A stretch of DNA of 64,000 bases, taken from an uncultured Candidatus Saccharibacteria bacterium. Lineage in GTDB: Bacteria > Patescibacteriota > Minisyncoccia > Phycocordibacterales > CAIZLB01. Numbering within the stretch: position 1 is the stretch's first letter; the number at the start of each line of letters is the position of its first letter. The translations under genes and the position numbers were made by a program. Of the stretch, positions 29,084 to 39,682 are shown in pieces. The notes beneath the pieces are model-generated. The model did no database searches and was not told the DNA's origin. It worked only from the letters and a program-made list of their open reading frames with translations. The stretch covers positions 83,497-147,496 of the forward strand of contig CAZUJN010000001.1 of the NCBI GenBank assembly GCA_964620475.1, given 5' to 3'.

Positions 29084-31225
29084 ATGCAACGCGATTATCC
29101 ATTAGAAAAAACAAGAAACTTTGGTATTATTGCTCACATTGATGCTGGTAAAACTACTACATCAGAACGTGTGCTTTTCTATACCGGTATCACCCACAAA
29201 ATCGGTGAAGTGCATGAAGGTGAAGCTGTTACAGACTGGATGGAACAAGAAAGAGAAAGAGGTATTACTATTACTGCGGCTGCTATTACATGTTTTTGGA
29301 ATCCAACATACATGGGTACAGATACATCTAATAAACATAGATTTAACATTATTGACACACCAGGACACGTGGACTTTACAGTAGAAGTAGAAAGATCACT
29401 TAAAGTTCTTGACGGTGCTGTTACAGTTTTTGATGGCGTTGCTGGAGTAGAGCCTCAATCAGAAACAGTTTGGAGACAAGCTGATAAATATCATGTTCCA
29501 CGTATTTGTTTTATCAACAAACTTGATAGAACCGGTGGATCATTCGAAAGATCATTTAAATCAATCATAGATAGATTGAATAAAAATGCTATAAGAATGC
29601 AAATCCCTATGGGAGAAGAAGAAAACATGAAGGGTGTTATTGATCTTCTAAAAATGAAAGCATATACATTTGAAGGAGACATGGGTAATAAAGTTGTTGA
29701 AAGTGAAATCCCTGCAGAATTTCTAGAAGAAGCTACAAAACATAGAGCAACTCTAGTTGAAGCTGCTGCTTCACAAGACGATGATATGATGAATACATAT
29801 CTAGAAGGAGGTGAATTTACTATAGATCAACTTAAAGCCGCAATAAGAAAAGGAACATTGGCTAACAAAATATTCCCAGTATTTACAGGTACAGCTTTGA
29901 AAAACAAAGGAGTACAACTCGTTCTTGATGCTGTTATAGATTATCTACCATCTCCACTTGATGTACCACCAATAAAAGGTGTTGATCCAGAAACAGGTGA
30001 AGAAATAGAGAGAAAAGCATCAGATACAGAACCTTTTGCTGCCCTTGCTTTCAAATTACAGACAGATCCATTCGTAGGTCAGCTTACATTCTTCCGTGTT
30101 TATTCAGGATCAATAGAAGCTGGTTCATACATATATAACTCAACTACAGGTAATAAAGAGAGACTTGGACGTATAGTTAGACTACAAGCAAACAAAAGAG
30201 AAGAGGTTAAGAAAGTTTTTGCTGGAGAGATCGCGGCTGCTGTAGGTCTTAAAGAAGCCCTTACATCACATACTTTCTGTGATGAAGCTCATCCAATAAT
30301 ACTTGACCCTATAACTTTCGCAGAGCCAGTTGTGTCTCTATCAATAGAGCCAAAAACAAAAGCTGATCAAGAAAAAATGGGTATCGCTCTACAAAAACTT
30401 TCAGATGAAGATCCAACTTTCCGTGTTACTTCAAACCCAGAAACAGGTCAAACATTGATCGCGGGTATGGGTGAGTTACATTTGGAAATCATGATCGATC
30501 GTATGAAAAGAGAGTTCAATGTAGAAGCTAATGTTGGTCAACCACAAGTTGCTTACAGAGAAACTATTACAGGTCAAGCTGAAGCAGAACATAAATATGC
30601 AAAACAATCAGGAGGTAAAGGTCAATACGGTCACGTACGTATTACTATTAAACCACTTGAAGAATTAGCGGAAGGTACAAAACTTCCTAAAAATGTTCAT
30701 AGAGAGGCAGGATATGAATTTATCGATTCTATTAAAGGAGGTATTATCCCAGGTGAATTTATACCGGCTGTACAAAAAGGTGTTAAAGAAGCTATGGATA
30801 GAGGTATAGTTGCAGGATTCCCATTAACAAATGTATCTTGTGAATTAACATTCGGTTCATATCACGATGTGGACTCATCAGAAATAGCATATAAGATTGC
30901 TGCATCACAGGCTTTCCAAGAGGCAGCTCAAAAAGCTAGACCAGTTATCTTGGAACCAATCATGAAAGTAGAGGTTATAGTTCCAGAAAAATTCATGGGT
31001 GATGTAACAGGATCATTATCATCAAAGAGAGGTCAAATAGAGGGTATGGAAGATAGAGGTTTGAACAAAGTTATTAGAGCACTTGTTCCATTGTCAGAGA
31101 TGTTTGGTTACACAACACAACTTCGTTCTATGACAGAAGGTCGTGGTTCAAATACTATGGAATTCGCTAAATATGACATAGTTCCACCAAACGTTGAAAA
31201 ACAAATCGTTGACTCAAGAAAATAA
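29084..31225 (+). CDS. fusA: Elongation factor G
   Basis: [36 protein letters not shown]. Confidence 0.98.
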   Translation: MQRDYPLEKTRNFGIIAHIDAGKTTTSERVLFYTGITHKIGEVHEGEAVTDWMEQERERGITITAAAITCFWNPTYMGTDTSNKHRFNIIDTPGHVDFTVEVERSLKVLDGAVTVFDGVAGVEPQSETVWRQADKYHVPRICFINKLDRTGGSFERSFKSIIDRLNKNAIRMQIPMGEEENMKGVIDLLKMKAYTFEGDMGNKVVESEIPAEFLEEATKHRATLVEAAASQDDDMMNTYLEGGEFTIDQLKAAIRKGTLANKIFPVFTGTALKNKGVQLVLDAVIDYLPSPLDVPPIKGVDPETGEEIERKASDTEPFAALAFKLQTDPFVGQLTFFRVYSGSIEAGSYIYNSTTGNKERLGRIVRLQANKREEVKKVFAGEIAAAVGLKEALTSHTFCDEAHPIILDPITFAEPVVSLSIEPKTKADQEKMGIALQKLSDEDPTFRVTSNPETGQTLIAGMGELHLEIMIDRMKREFNVEANVGQPQVAYRETITGQAEAEHKYAKQSGGKGQYGHVRITIKPLEELAEGTKLPKNVHREAGYEFIDSIKGGIIPGEFIPAVQKGVKEAMDRGIVAGFPLTNVSCELTFGSYHDVDSSEIAYKIAASQAFQEAAQKARPVILEPIMKVEVIVPEKFMGDVTGSLSSKRGQIEGMEDRGLNKVIRALVPLSEMFGYTTQLRSMTEGRGSNTMEFAKYDIVPPNVEKQIVDSRK

Positions 31226-31248
31226 TTAATATAATATAAAGAAACAAT

Positions 31249-31518
31249 ATGCCAATAACAAAATCAGCCAAAAAAGCCTTAAGACAAGGTGAAAGAAAAA
31301 AAGTTTTCAATCTAAGACGTAAGAAAAAAGTTGAAGACGTAGTAAAATCTGTAAAAAGATTAGTAAAAGAAGGTAAAGCCAAAGAAGCTAATGCTCTTTT
31401 ACCAAAAGCTTATTCAGCACTTGATAAAGCTGCAAAAGGTAACACTATAAAGAAAAATACTGCTGCAAGAAAGAAATCAAGATTAAACGCTATAGTTAAA
31501 AAAGCTGCTACAAAATAA
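31249..31518 (+). CDS. rpsT: 30S ribosomal protein S20
   Basis: MPITKSAKKALRQ, LDKAAK, KNTAARKKSRL. Confidence 0.95.
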   Translation: MPITKSAKKALRQGERKKVFNLRRKKKVEDVVKSVKRLVKEGKAKEANALLPKAYSALDKAAKGNTIKKNTAARKKSRLNAIVKKAATK

Positions 31519-31522
31519 TCAT

Positions 31523-31563
31523 TAAAATAAAAATCCTCGTCATAACGAGGGTTTTTATTTTTT
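31523..31563. terminator. Bidirectional intrinsic terminator
   Basis: AAAATAAAAATCCTCGT-CATA-ACGAGGGTTTTTATTTT. Confidence 0.8.
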
Positions 31564-32161
31564 ATCTACGATGATCTCTGTGCTTAATTGAAGCGTTCAT
31601 TATTTTATCTTTAACTATTATAGGGTCCGGTATTTCTTCAAATAAAAAGCGTTGTGAACTTCCGGCGGTTTGTATTTCTAGGTTTCCAAAATCAAAATAA
31701 GATTGAAGCACACCATTAACATGAACAGATATATCTTCTATGGAACTTAGATGTAACTCAGATACTTTTCTTTGAAAGAAACCTATTTGAGATATATCTA
31801 TAACTCTTTCGGTGGTAACAATCCATGTATCCAATGAGTGCATGGTCAATGTGTGAAATAAGTATGCCCAAAGAATCATTATGTATAAAGACCAAGCTAG
31901 GGTGAACATTGGTGCTAATTGGTATTTTATTAATAGTGGTGCAGCTACAACTATGATCAGAAAAGGTAATACTGATGCTATGATAGCTGTAAATATCGGT
32001 CTTATTAAAATAATCCAATGACGTCTGGTAAATACCAACATCTCTTCATTGTCTTTTTTTCCTTCAAAATGCATATTTGATTTCATCAAAAAATCAAACA
32101 TACCTCTTGTTTGAGATTTTATTTCACCATCTACTGTTTTTATTATTTCTTGATTATTCAT
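31562..32161 (-). CDS. Membrane protein with bacterial PH domain
   Basis: RRHW, two TMs, IVTTERVID, FGNLEIQTAG. Confidence 0.8.
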   Translation of the reverse strand: MNNQEIIKTVDGEIKSQTRGMFDFLMKSNMHFEGKKDNEEMLVFTRRHWIILIRPIFTAIIASVLPFLIIVVAAPLLIKYQLAPMFTLAWSLYIMILWAYLFHTLTMHSLDTWIVTTERVIDISQIGFFQRKVSELHLSSIEDISVHVNGVLQSYFDFGNLEIQTAGSSQRFLFEEIPDPIIVKDKIMNASIKHRDHRR

Positions 32162-32162
32162 A

Positions 32163-32366
32163 TTAATTAACTGTGTATAATAACATTATTGTTAATGCGG
32201 TTAATACGATTGAACCCATCAACATTAAAAAAGCCACACGTCTCGGATGTGTTCCTATTCCAAAACGTATTAGATGATATAGTAATAGAAATATAACTGT
32301 CCAAAAACCCAATAAAAACAATACCACCACCACATTTATGATTTCAGGCATAGGTGTAATAAGCAT
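32163..32366 (-). CDS. Small membrane protein
   Basis: Two hydrophobic segments; TGtTATAAT 6 nt before ATG. Confidence 0.65.
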   Translation of the reverse strand: MLITPMPEIINVVVVLFLLGFWTVIFLLLYHLIRFGIGTHPRRVAFLMLMGSIVLTALTIMLLYTVN

Positions 32367-32384
32367 AATCTAATTATAACAAGA

Positions 32385-32792
32385 TTATTCTTTGTTTGCT
32401 ATTTCTTGTTTTATTTTGTCTAATTCAATCTTTATGTGTTTTAAGGTTATTTCTTCTTCAGTTACAAGATCCTCTGTTCTTTCTTCTATCTTTTTCTCTC
32501 TTTTAAGTCCAGATATTAGTATTCTGTCTCCTATAAAATTAGATACCATTAAACCTGTTATAAGTAATATACCCATAGATACAAATATTTGAACTGGGGG
32601 ATAGAAGAACCAATTGAAAAATGCTATGTCAGATTTCCATAACATGTCTATAGATTCCCATATAGCTCTCCAAAACATGACAACTGCTGTTCCTGATATG
32701 AATGCATATACAAAAGGGTGATGACTTAATCCTTCTCTAGTTTTATCTTCTGTCTTATCGAAAAATTTTACTATTTTTTTTAATGTTGGCAT
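32385..32792 (-). CDS. Hypothetical membrane protein
   Basis: 135 aa, two TMs plus coiled tail, in operon context. Confidence 0.7.
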   Translation of the reverse strand: MPTLKKIVKFFDKTEDKTREGLSHHPFVYAFISGTAVVMFWRAIWESIDMLWKSDIAFFNWFFYPPVQIFVSMGILLITGLMVSNFIGDRILISGLKREKKIEERTEDLVTEEEITLKHIKIELDKIKQEIANKE

Positions 32793-32797
32793 ATTTT

Positions 32798-33427
32798 TTA
32801 TTTTAAATTAATTTTTTGTATTTCTTTTTTTATTTTTCTACCATCTTGATCTACATCAAATATTATAATTTCATCAAAATCAAATTCAATATCAGCTATA
32901 TCTGTATCTGAAATATTCTCTATGTATTTTAATAAAGATCTAAGTGAGTTTCCATGGCCAACGACTAATACATTTTTACCCTTATTTAACAAAGGTAAAA
33001 TCTCTTTTTTATAATAAGGTATAACTCTATTGTATACCATTTCCAATGATTCACCTTTTGGTGGAATAAAATCCCAAGATCTACGTAATTTATGAAATTT
33101 ATCTTCTCCTAGAAGTTTCTCCATTTCCCATTTATTGTTTCCTGTGTACTCACCATAATCTCTTTCATTTAATTCTGATGCATGTTTAGTTGGAACATCA
33201 TAAAGCTCGCAACTATTTAATACGCATGAAAGTGTCTCTATGGTTCTAACCTCCATCGATGCAAAAGCATTATCTATACTAATATTTAAGTCTTTTATAA
33301 AAAGACCTGCTTTATTTGATCTATCAAAACCATCTTCACTAAGATGTATATCTCTTTTTCCAGTCCAACGACCAACCTTATTCCATTCTGATTCTTGATG
33401 TCTTATCAATATAAGTTTTCCTGTCAT
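32798..33427 (-). CDS. gpmA: 2,3-BPG-dependent phosphoglycerate mutase
   Basis: LIRHQESEWN, LNERDYG, RRSWD, GESL, HGNSLR. Confidence 0.88.
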   Translation of the reverse strand: MTGKLILIRHQESEWNKVGRWTGKRDIHLSEDGFDRSNKAGLFIKDLNISIDNAFASMEVRTIETLSCVLNSCELYDVPTKHASELNERDYGEYTGNNKWEMEKLLGEDKFHKLRRSWDFIPPKGESLEMVYNRVIPYYKKEILPLLNKGKNVLVVGHGNSLRSLLKYIENISDTDIADIEFDFDEIIIFDVDQDGRKIKKEIQKINLK

Positions 33428-33453
33428 AATATGCTTATATTAACATATTATTT

Positions 33454-34584
33454 TTATTTTATACCACTACCTATAGCCTCTTTTATGTTTTTGAATCCTT
33501 TTTCTTTTAATAATTGTGCTAGTTCTTGATTGATTTGAGATATTGCTTGAGGTCCTTCGAAGATCATACCTGTTATCATTTGTACGAGGGAGGCACCGTT
33601 TATTATTTTTTCATAGGCATCTTTTCCTGAAGATATTCCTCCAACTCCTATAAGGAGGTATTTATTATTAGTTTTTTTGTAAATATTAGCTAAAAGTTTA
33701 TTTGATAAATCTTCTACAGCCTTACCACTGATACCACCTTTTTCAGTTATATTTTTTTCCTCGTCATCTATTTTTGGATTATTTCTATTTTTGGTTAAAT
33801 TACTGCAGATGATTCCATGTATTCTGTGTTTATCCAATATATCTAATATGGTATTAGTTTCTTCTTCATTTATATCAGGGGATAATTTTATGAAAATTTT
33901 CTTGTCAGTATCTATTTTATCTATATTTTCCAATAGTTTTTCTAAGTTCTCCGGTTTTATAAAAGGTTGACCGCCTAGAGCATTAGGACATGATATATTG
34001 ATGGTTATATAGTCACCATATTCTTTCATTATGTTAAATGCTTTTATATAATCGTTTATAGCATTGTCTATTTCTAAGTTTTTATAACAATTTGTCATTG
34101 CTATATTTATACCTAAGGGTATTTTTGAGATAGATGATTTTATTGTATGAGATATTCTTTCAGCCCCTTTGTTTTTAAGACCATAATATACTATAAGACT
34201 TTTTGATTTTGGCATACGCCATAATCGGGGTTTTGGGTTACCATCACAATATTCACCAGTTATTGATCCTACCTCTATAAATCCAAAACCCACAGCCGGT
34301 AATATGTTTATAAGTTCTGCATTTTTGTCAAAACCCGCTGATAAACCTATGGGGTTTTCATATTCTTTTTCAAATATATTTTGATTTAATATAGGGTTTT
34401 TGTAATAGAAAAAAGCTTTAGTTATAAGTCTAAATAAGGAATATTTACCTAAAAATGCACCAACTTTTGTCATCTGATCATGTATATCTTCAGGATCCAT
34501 AAGGAAAAATATGGGTTTAAGGAGATATTTATAAAGAATGGATATTATAAGATTTCTTATTTTTATAAAAAGCTCATATATCAT
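33454..34584 (-). CDS. pyrD: Dihydroorotate dehydrogenase, class 2 (quinone type)
   Basis: DPEDIH, GLSAGFDKN, GNPKPRLWR, NISCPN, KLSPD, GGISG. Confidence 0.9.
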   Translation of the reverse strand: MIYELFIKIRNLIISILYKYLLKPIFFLMDPEDIHDQMTKVGAFLGKYSLFRLITKAFFYYKNPILNQNIFEKEYENPIGLSAGFDKNAELINILPAVGFGFIEVGSITGEYCDGNPKPRLWRMPKSKSLIVYYGLKNKGAERISHTIKSSISKIPLGINIAMTNCYKNLEIDNAINDYIKAFNIMKEYGDYITINISCPNALGGQPFIKPENLEKLLENIDKIDTDKKIFIKLSPDINEEETNTILDILDKHRIHGIICSNLTKNRNNPKIDDEEKNITEKGGISGKAVEDLSNKLLANIYKKTNNKYLLIGVGGISSGKDAYEKIINGASLVQMITGMIFEGPQAISQINQELAQLLKEKGFKNIKEAIGSGIK

Positions 34585-34588
34585 ATTG

Positions 34589-34660
34589 TGCTCCCGCTAG
34601 GAATCGAACCTAGATTTAGAGTTCCGCAAACTCTTGTCCTATCCATTGAACGACAGGAGC
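34589..34660 (-). tRNA. tRNA-Arg(GCG), CCA not encoded
   Basis: Reverse complement GCTCCTGTCGTTCAATGGATAGGAC-AAGAGT TT GCG GA ACTCT-AAATCTAGGTTCGATTCCTAGCGGGAGCA. Confidence 0.93.
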
Positions 34661-34687
34661 ATGCTAAACACTATACAACAAAATAGC

Positions 34688-35173
34688 TTAAAAACCAAGA
34701 TATTCCAATATAGTATGGAAAATAGACTCTTTCATTCTTTCTTCCGGCAATATTTTTACCAATTCTTCATGTATGCTGTGTATGTCTTTTCCTGTAACTT
34801 CTATAGGCAGGGTCAATATTAACAAAGGATCATATAAATCACCGGTTTTACTAAATAATATACGAGAACTAATGTGATTTTCTCTATTATCTTCTATCCA
34901 AAATGATCTTAGTTCTGAGAAATTCCATGTTTTTTGATTTATACGAACCCCTGTTGTGTTTATCTCAAAACGTAATATTCTAGGCTCTTTAAATGCATGT
35001 AATAGTAATACCAATGTAGATACAATAACCAAAATACCAAAAGTTAAATTACTGAACATAAAAGATATTAAGGCTATTGTTACAGAAATTATACCAACAG
35101 ACCATTTCCAATCTTTGTCCTTAGTAAAATACATATAGTTGTACTCTTCCCATATCATTGGTAATTTACTCAT
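34688..35173 (-). CDS. Hypothetical membrane protein
   Basis: Two TMs then soluble domain; TATAAT 6 nt before ATG. Confidence 0.75.
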   Translation of the reverse strand: MSKLPMIWEEYNYMYFTKDKDWKWSVGIISVTIALISFMFSNLTFGILVIVSTLVLLLHAFKEPRILRFEINTTGVRINQKTWNFSELRSFWIEDNRENHISSRILFSKTGDLYDPLLILTLPIEVTGKDIHSIHEELVKILPEERMKESIFHTILEYLGF

Positions 35174-35187
35174 GATATTATTATACT

Positions 35188-38100
35188 ATGTTTCTAATCA
35201 TAATTGTAGTGATAGGTATTATTTTTTATCTAGCACAAATAAATTCTAGAATAAATATCTTAGAAGAAAAATTAAAAGGTAATTTTATTAAAGAGAGTGC
35301 TCCTGTTGGGGTATCTGAGATTAAACCCACAGTTGAACCCGTGATAGAACAATCTCAATTTACAGAGTATAAAAAACCTGAGATTGCTGTATCTCATCAG
35401 GATACATTTGCAAAAAACCTGGCACGTTTCGGTATAACTATATTAGTATTAGGAATAATATTTTTCTTAAAGTATATAGACAGTCAAGGATTAATCGGTC
35501 CAGTATTCAAATACGTTTCAGGGTTATCTCTAGGAGTAATATTATTAGGTATTGCTGAGTATCTACGTAGTCAAAATAAGCATTATACAAATCTTCTTCG
35601 TGGAGGAGCATTTATAATAATGTATATAACAGCATTTGTTGGTTATATATTGTTCCATATAGTTTCTTTGCCGGTAACTTTAACTTTGATTTCTATAGTA
35701 CTTATAATCTCAACAATTATTTCATTTAAAGAAAATGATTTTATACCTTTTACTGTTGGTGTTGGTGGCGCCTATTTAACAACATTCTCACTACTTGCTG
35801 ATATAGGTGTAAATAAAGATACATATATAAGTGTATTGTTATATTTATTTATATTAAATATAGCTATATTATTTGTATCTTTGTATAAGACTTGGATTAA
35901 AGATGTGGTTATTGGATTTGTCTCAACATGGATTATTTTCTCATCTATCTTCTATGTAAATGAATTCAATAAAAATATATTATTTATATTTGCAACTCTT
36001 TATGGTCTGCAATATCTAATAGTATTTTTAATACAAGATTTTAAAAATGCCAGAGAAAAAGTATTTGAATTAGTAGACAGTACTGTGTTTTTAACTGTTA
36101 TAAATACTCTGGTATATACAACTTTATTGTATCAATTGATTGTGAAAACATTTTGGTTTGATTATGTAGGCTATATAGTGGCTTTATTGGGTGTATTCCA
36201 TCTTGCTATTTATGCTCTATTGCGATCAGTTAAAGATAAACAAAATAATATAATAGACTTAACTCACTTTGTTGTCGGTGTATTGTTATTATCAGCATCA
36301 GTTTCATTACAATTCGATGGGCCTGCTGTTACCATGATATGGTTCCTTGAAGGAGTGGTGTTGTCATTTATGACAGTGTTAAGAGATTTTAAAGATAAAT
36401 CTTTGATGTATATTTTAGGATTTTCTGCTGTTGTAGCTGGTATCATGCATATGATAATTGTAGGTGACTATAAGACAGTTATGGATAATGGATTGATGTT
36501 TATAAATCAAGGTTATATTGTGTGGTTTGCTGTGTTCTTGTTGATAAATCTTGTTGCATATATATGGTATGGATCAGTTTCTGATTCTGTTGATGAGTTG
36601 TTTAAAAAAGATATACACAAGATATCATTTGTGTTGATAATAATTGGCCAAGTTTTATTTGTCGGGTTAACTTCATTTGAAATACAAGAATTTGGTAGTT
36701 ATAGAAGTCAAAAAGAGTATACAAGAATAAATCAGCAAGATGAGATGAATTTTAAATTAGATGTATCAAATAATTTTGCTCACAAATATGATGAAATACA
36801 AAATATAGAAAGAGAGACTACATTTATGCAACTTGTATTATTTATTATAATGACCATTATATATTTCTTAATTGGTTTGATAAGAAAGAATAGGGTGGTT
36901 AGAAATATGGGTATTATTACATTGATTATAACCACAGCACTTTTGATTGGTTTAACATGGGAACTTGGTCCAGTATATAGGATTATAACTTTTGTTGGAT
37001 TTGGTATAGCGCTATTGATAGTGTCTTACTTATATATTTCTAAAAATAAAAAAATAGATATTGCCAAGACTTTAATTCTATTTATGTTATTAACATTTGC
37101 TGTAAACATACAAGCGAAAGTTATAGATATAAAAGAATGGTCAAGTATATCTCAAATAAAATCATCTGAAATATCAGTTAGCACATCAAGTGATAATCAT
37201 GGTTTATATATATTACCTATAAAAAAAGATATATTAGATAGATCAAAGAAAAATGATTTATCTGATATAAGGATAATAGATAAAGATAATAATGAAATAC
37301 CTTATATAATTGTAAAATCAAATCAAAATACCCAAACTGTAAATCAAGAAAATTTTCAGGCAAAGATTTTAGAAAATAGTCTAAGTGGGGGTGGTAAGAA
37401 GGTCGTTGTAATAGATACCGGTAGAGAAGGTTTGCTTTATAATAAAGTGATTTTTACACATGATATAAAAGATATAAATTTCAGAAAGACTGTTAAAGTC
37501 TATATATCTGATGTATCTATAAGATCAGGTTCAACAGCTTGGAAAGAGTTGGAACAAAAGAGTGTTATATATAATTATACAGATAAAGATAATTTTTCTG
37601 TAGAAAAAACATATATAGATTTGAATGATATATCTTCTAGATATATAAAATTTGAATTAACCGATGATGATGAATTTTCAAAAGACATAAAAGTTAATAA
37701 TAAGGTAAATATAAATAAGGTTGAAATACAATATCAAAAAGATGAAGAAAAAGATCTGGGTGTTAAGGTAAAAGATTATCTGTCTGGAAATTTTCAATTT
37801 GATAGTGCAGAAGTATTTCAAGATGTAAAATTATTAGATAATAAAAGTGAGAATAATAGATCATCGTATATTTTTGAAGGGGGAATAAATATAGAAGAAA
37901 TAACTCTCAATATAGATTCAGCAGATCTAAATTTTAACAGAAATGTTGTTATACAAGGATCAAATGATGATATCAATTGGTCAGATATAGGTAATGGAAA
38001 TATATATCGTATAGATTCCCCTCTTTACACAGGAGAGAAAACATCTATAAAAACAAATATCTCTACATATAAGAAAATAAAAGTTATTATTCAAGATAAT

Positions 38101-38451
38101 AATGATAAACCTCTAAATCTTAAAAAATATTCCAAAATAAAATTACAAAATAATGGTTTATTGTTTAAGTTGGAAAATGTTAATCCTGGGGAAATACGGG
38201 TTATTATAGGTAATAATACAGAGCTGGCACCGGTTTATGATATGAGAAATATTATAAATTATTTCGAAGATGTTACTCCAAAAATAGTTGATTATGATGA
38301 AGTTGTTAAAAATCCGAAACATGATCCGGCTCAAACTATACCTTTTGGTGAAAGAAATAAAGTTCTACTAAATATTGGCTTAATCATATTTATAGTTATA
38401 ATAGGTATATTCGGATTCTTTTGGATGAAGAAGGATAAAATAAATGAATAA
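35188..38451 (+). CDS. DUF2339-like polytopic membrane protein fused to a DUF3999-like extracytoplasmic domain
   Basis: Many TMs to ~aa 620; then DLSDIRIIDKDNNEIPY and NFNRNV...YRID motifs; C-terminal TM. Confidence 0.7.
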   Translation: MFLIIIVVIGIIFYLAQINSRINILEEKLKGNFIKESAPVGVSEIKPTVEPVIEQSQFTEYKKPEIAVSHQDTFAKNLARFGITILVLGIIFFLKYIDSQGLIGPVFKYVSGLSLGVILLGIAEYLRSQNKHYTNLLRGGAFIIMYITAFVGYILFHIVSLPVTLTLISIVLIISTIISFKENDFIPFTVGVGGAYLTTFSLLADIGVNKDTYISVLLYLFILNIAILFVSLYKTWIKDVVIGFVSTWIIFSSIFYVNEFNKNILFIFATLYGLQYLIVFLIQDFKNAREKVFELVDSTVFLTVINTLVYTTLLYQLIVKTFWFDYVGYIVALLGVFHLAIYALLRSVKDKQNNIIDLTHFVVGVLLLSASVSLQFDGPAVTMIWFLEGVVLSFMTVLRDFKDKSLMYILGFSAVVAGIMHMIIVGDYKTVMDNGLMFINQGYIVWFAVFLLINLVAYIWYGSVSDSVDELFKKDIHKISFVLIIIGQVLFVGLTSFEIQEFGSYRSQKEYTRINQQDEMNFKLDVSNNFAHKYDEIQNIERETTFMQLVLFIIMTIIYFLIGLIRKNRVVRNMGIITLIITTALLIGLTWELGPVYRIITFVGFGIALLIVSYLYISKNKKIDIAKTLILFMLLTFAVNIQAKVIDIKEWSSISQIKSSEISVSTSSDNHGLYILPIKKDILDRSKKNDLSDIRIIDKDNNEIPYIIVKSNQNTQTVNQENFQAKILENSLSGGGKKVVVIDTGREGLLYNKVIFTHDIKDINFRKTVKVYISDVSIRSGSTAWKELEQKSVIYNYTDKDNFSVEKTYIDLNDISSRYIKFELTDDDEFSKDIKVNNKVNINKVEIQYQKDEEKDLGVKVKDYLSGNFQFDSAEVFQDVKLLDNKSENNRSSYIFEGGINIEEITLNIDSADLNFNRNVVIQGSNDDINWSDIGNGNIYRIDSPLYTGEKTSIKTNISTYKKIKVIIQDNNDKPLNLKKYSKIKLQNNGLLFKLENVNPGEIRVIIGNNTELAPVYDMRNIINYFEDVTPKIVDYDEVVKNPKHDPAQTIPFGERNKVLLNIGLIIFIVIIGIFGFFWMKKDKINE

Positions 38452-39682
38452 TAAGATATATGATGTGATTATAATAGGTGGTGGGGCAGCGGGCATGATG
38501 GCTGCTGCTTCTATTGATCGTGGAAATAAAGTTCTGCTTATAGAGAAAAATGAAAATCTCGGTAAAAAACTTCTGATAACTGGAGGAGGAAGATGTAATG
38601 TGACTAATGCTGAATTTGACCTAAGAAAACTTTTGAAAAATTATAAAAAAGCTGAACCATTTCTGTATTCAGCTTTTACTCAATATGGGGTTGAAGATTC
38701 TCTAAAATATTTCAATGATAGAAATATGCCAACTAAAGTAGAAGAATATGGTCGTGTGTTTCCGGTATCTGATTCCGCTAAAAGTGTTTTTAATGTTTTA
38801 TTAAACGATATAAAGAAAAATAAAAATCTAGAAATACTAAGTAATGCCCCGGTTAAAGATATATTATTTTCTAATGGAAAAATAGATGGTGTTAAAATCC
38901 AAAAAGAAATATATAAGGCAAGAAGATATATATTGGCAACCGGTGGGACATCTCACCCTGAGACTGGATCAACAGGTGATGCATATATATGGCTCAAAAA
39001 TATGGGTCACACTGTTCATAATCCAAAACCATCTCTAGTTCCACTTCGTTCTCATGATAAATGGATAAAAGACATACAGGGTTTAACCTTACAAGGTATA
39101 AAAATAAACTTATATGCTGGGGACAAAAAGATAGATTCTAAAAAAGGTAAGATATTGTTCACTCATTTTGGTGTATCTGGTCCAACTATATTAAACATGA
39201 GTAAACAAATTAGCGATCTCTTAGATAAAAAAGAAAAAGTGTATATAGGTATAGACCTTATGAATCAATATGATCACGGAAATCTTAATAAGTTTTTAAA
39301 TGAAATATTGCAAAATAATCCAAGAAAAAAAGTTGTAAATATTTTATCTGATATTTTAAATAAAAATTTAGTAAATATTATTTTGGAGAATTCCAAAATA
39401 GATAAAGATTTAAATGGAAACAGTATAACAAAGGATATGCGAATTTCTCTTATAGAAAATATTAAAAATCTGAAAATAAATATAAATGGTTTACTTGATG
39501 AAAATGATGCAATCATAGCAGATGGTGGAGTAGATCTTAAAGAGATTGATTTTAAAAATATGCAATCTAAGGTTATTAAAAATCTTTATATAGTCGGTGA
39601 TCTTTTGAATATTGATAGACCTTCGGGTGGATATAGTTTACAAATATGTTGGACTACTGGGTATTTGGCAGGGAGGGGGTAG
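38444..39682 (+). CDS. HI0933/BaiN-family flavoprotein
   Basis: GGGAAGMMAA, GKKLLITGGGRCNVTN, ATGG, FTHFGVSGP, GGYSLQ. Confidence 0.92.
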   Translation: MNNKIYDVIIIGGGAAGMMAAASIDRGNKVLLIEKNENLGKKLLITGGGRCNVTNAEFDLRKLLKNYKKAEPFLYSAFTQYGVEDSLKYFNDRNMPTKVEEYGRVFPVSDSAKSVFNVLLNDIKKNKNLEILSNAPVKDILFSNGKIDGVKIQKEIYKARRYILATGGTSHPETGSTGDAYIWLKNMGHTVHNPKPSLVPLRSHDKWIKDIQGLTLQGIKINLYAGDKKIDSKKGKILFTHFGVSGPTILNMSKQISDLLDKKEKVYIGIDLMNQYDHGNLNKFLNEILQNNPRKKVVNILSDILNKNLVNIILENSKIDKDLNGNSITKDMRISLIENIKNLKININGLLDENDAIIADGGVDLKEIDFKNMQSKVIKNLYIVGDLLNIDRPSGGYSLQICWTTGYLAGRG

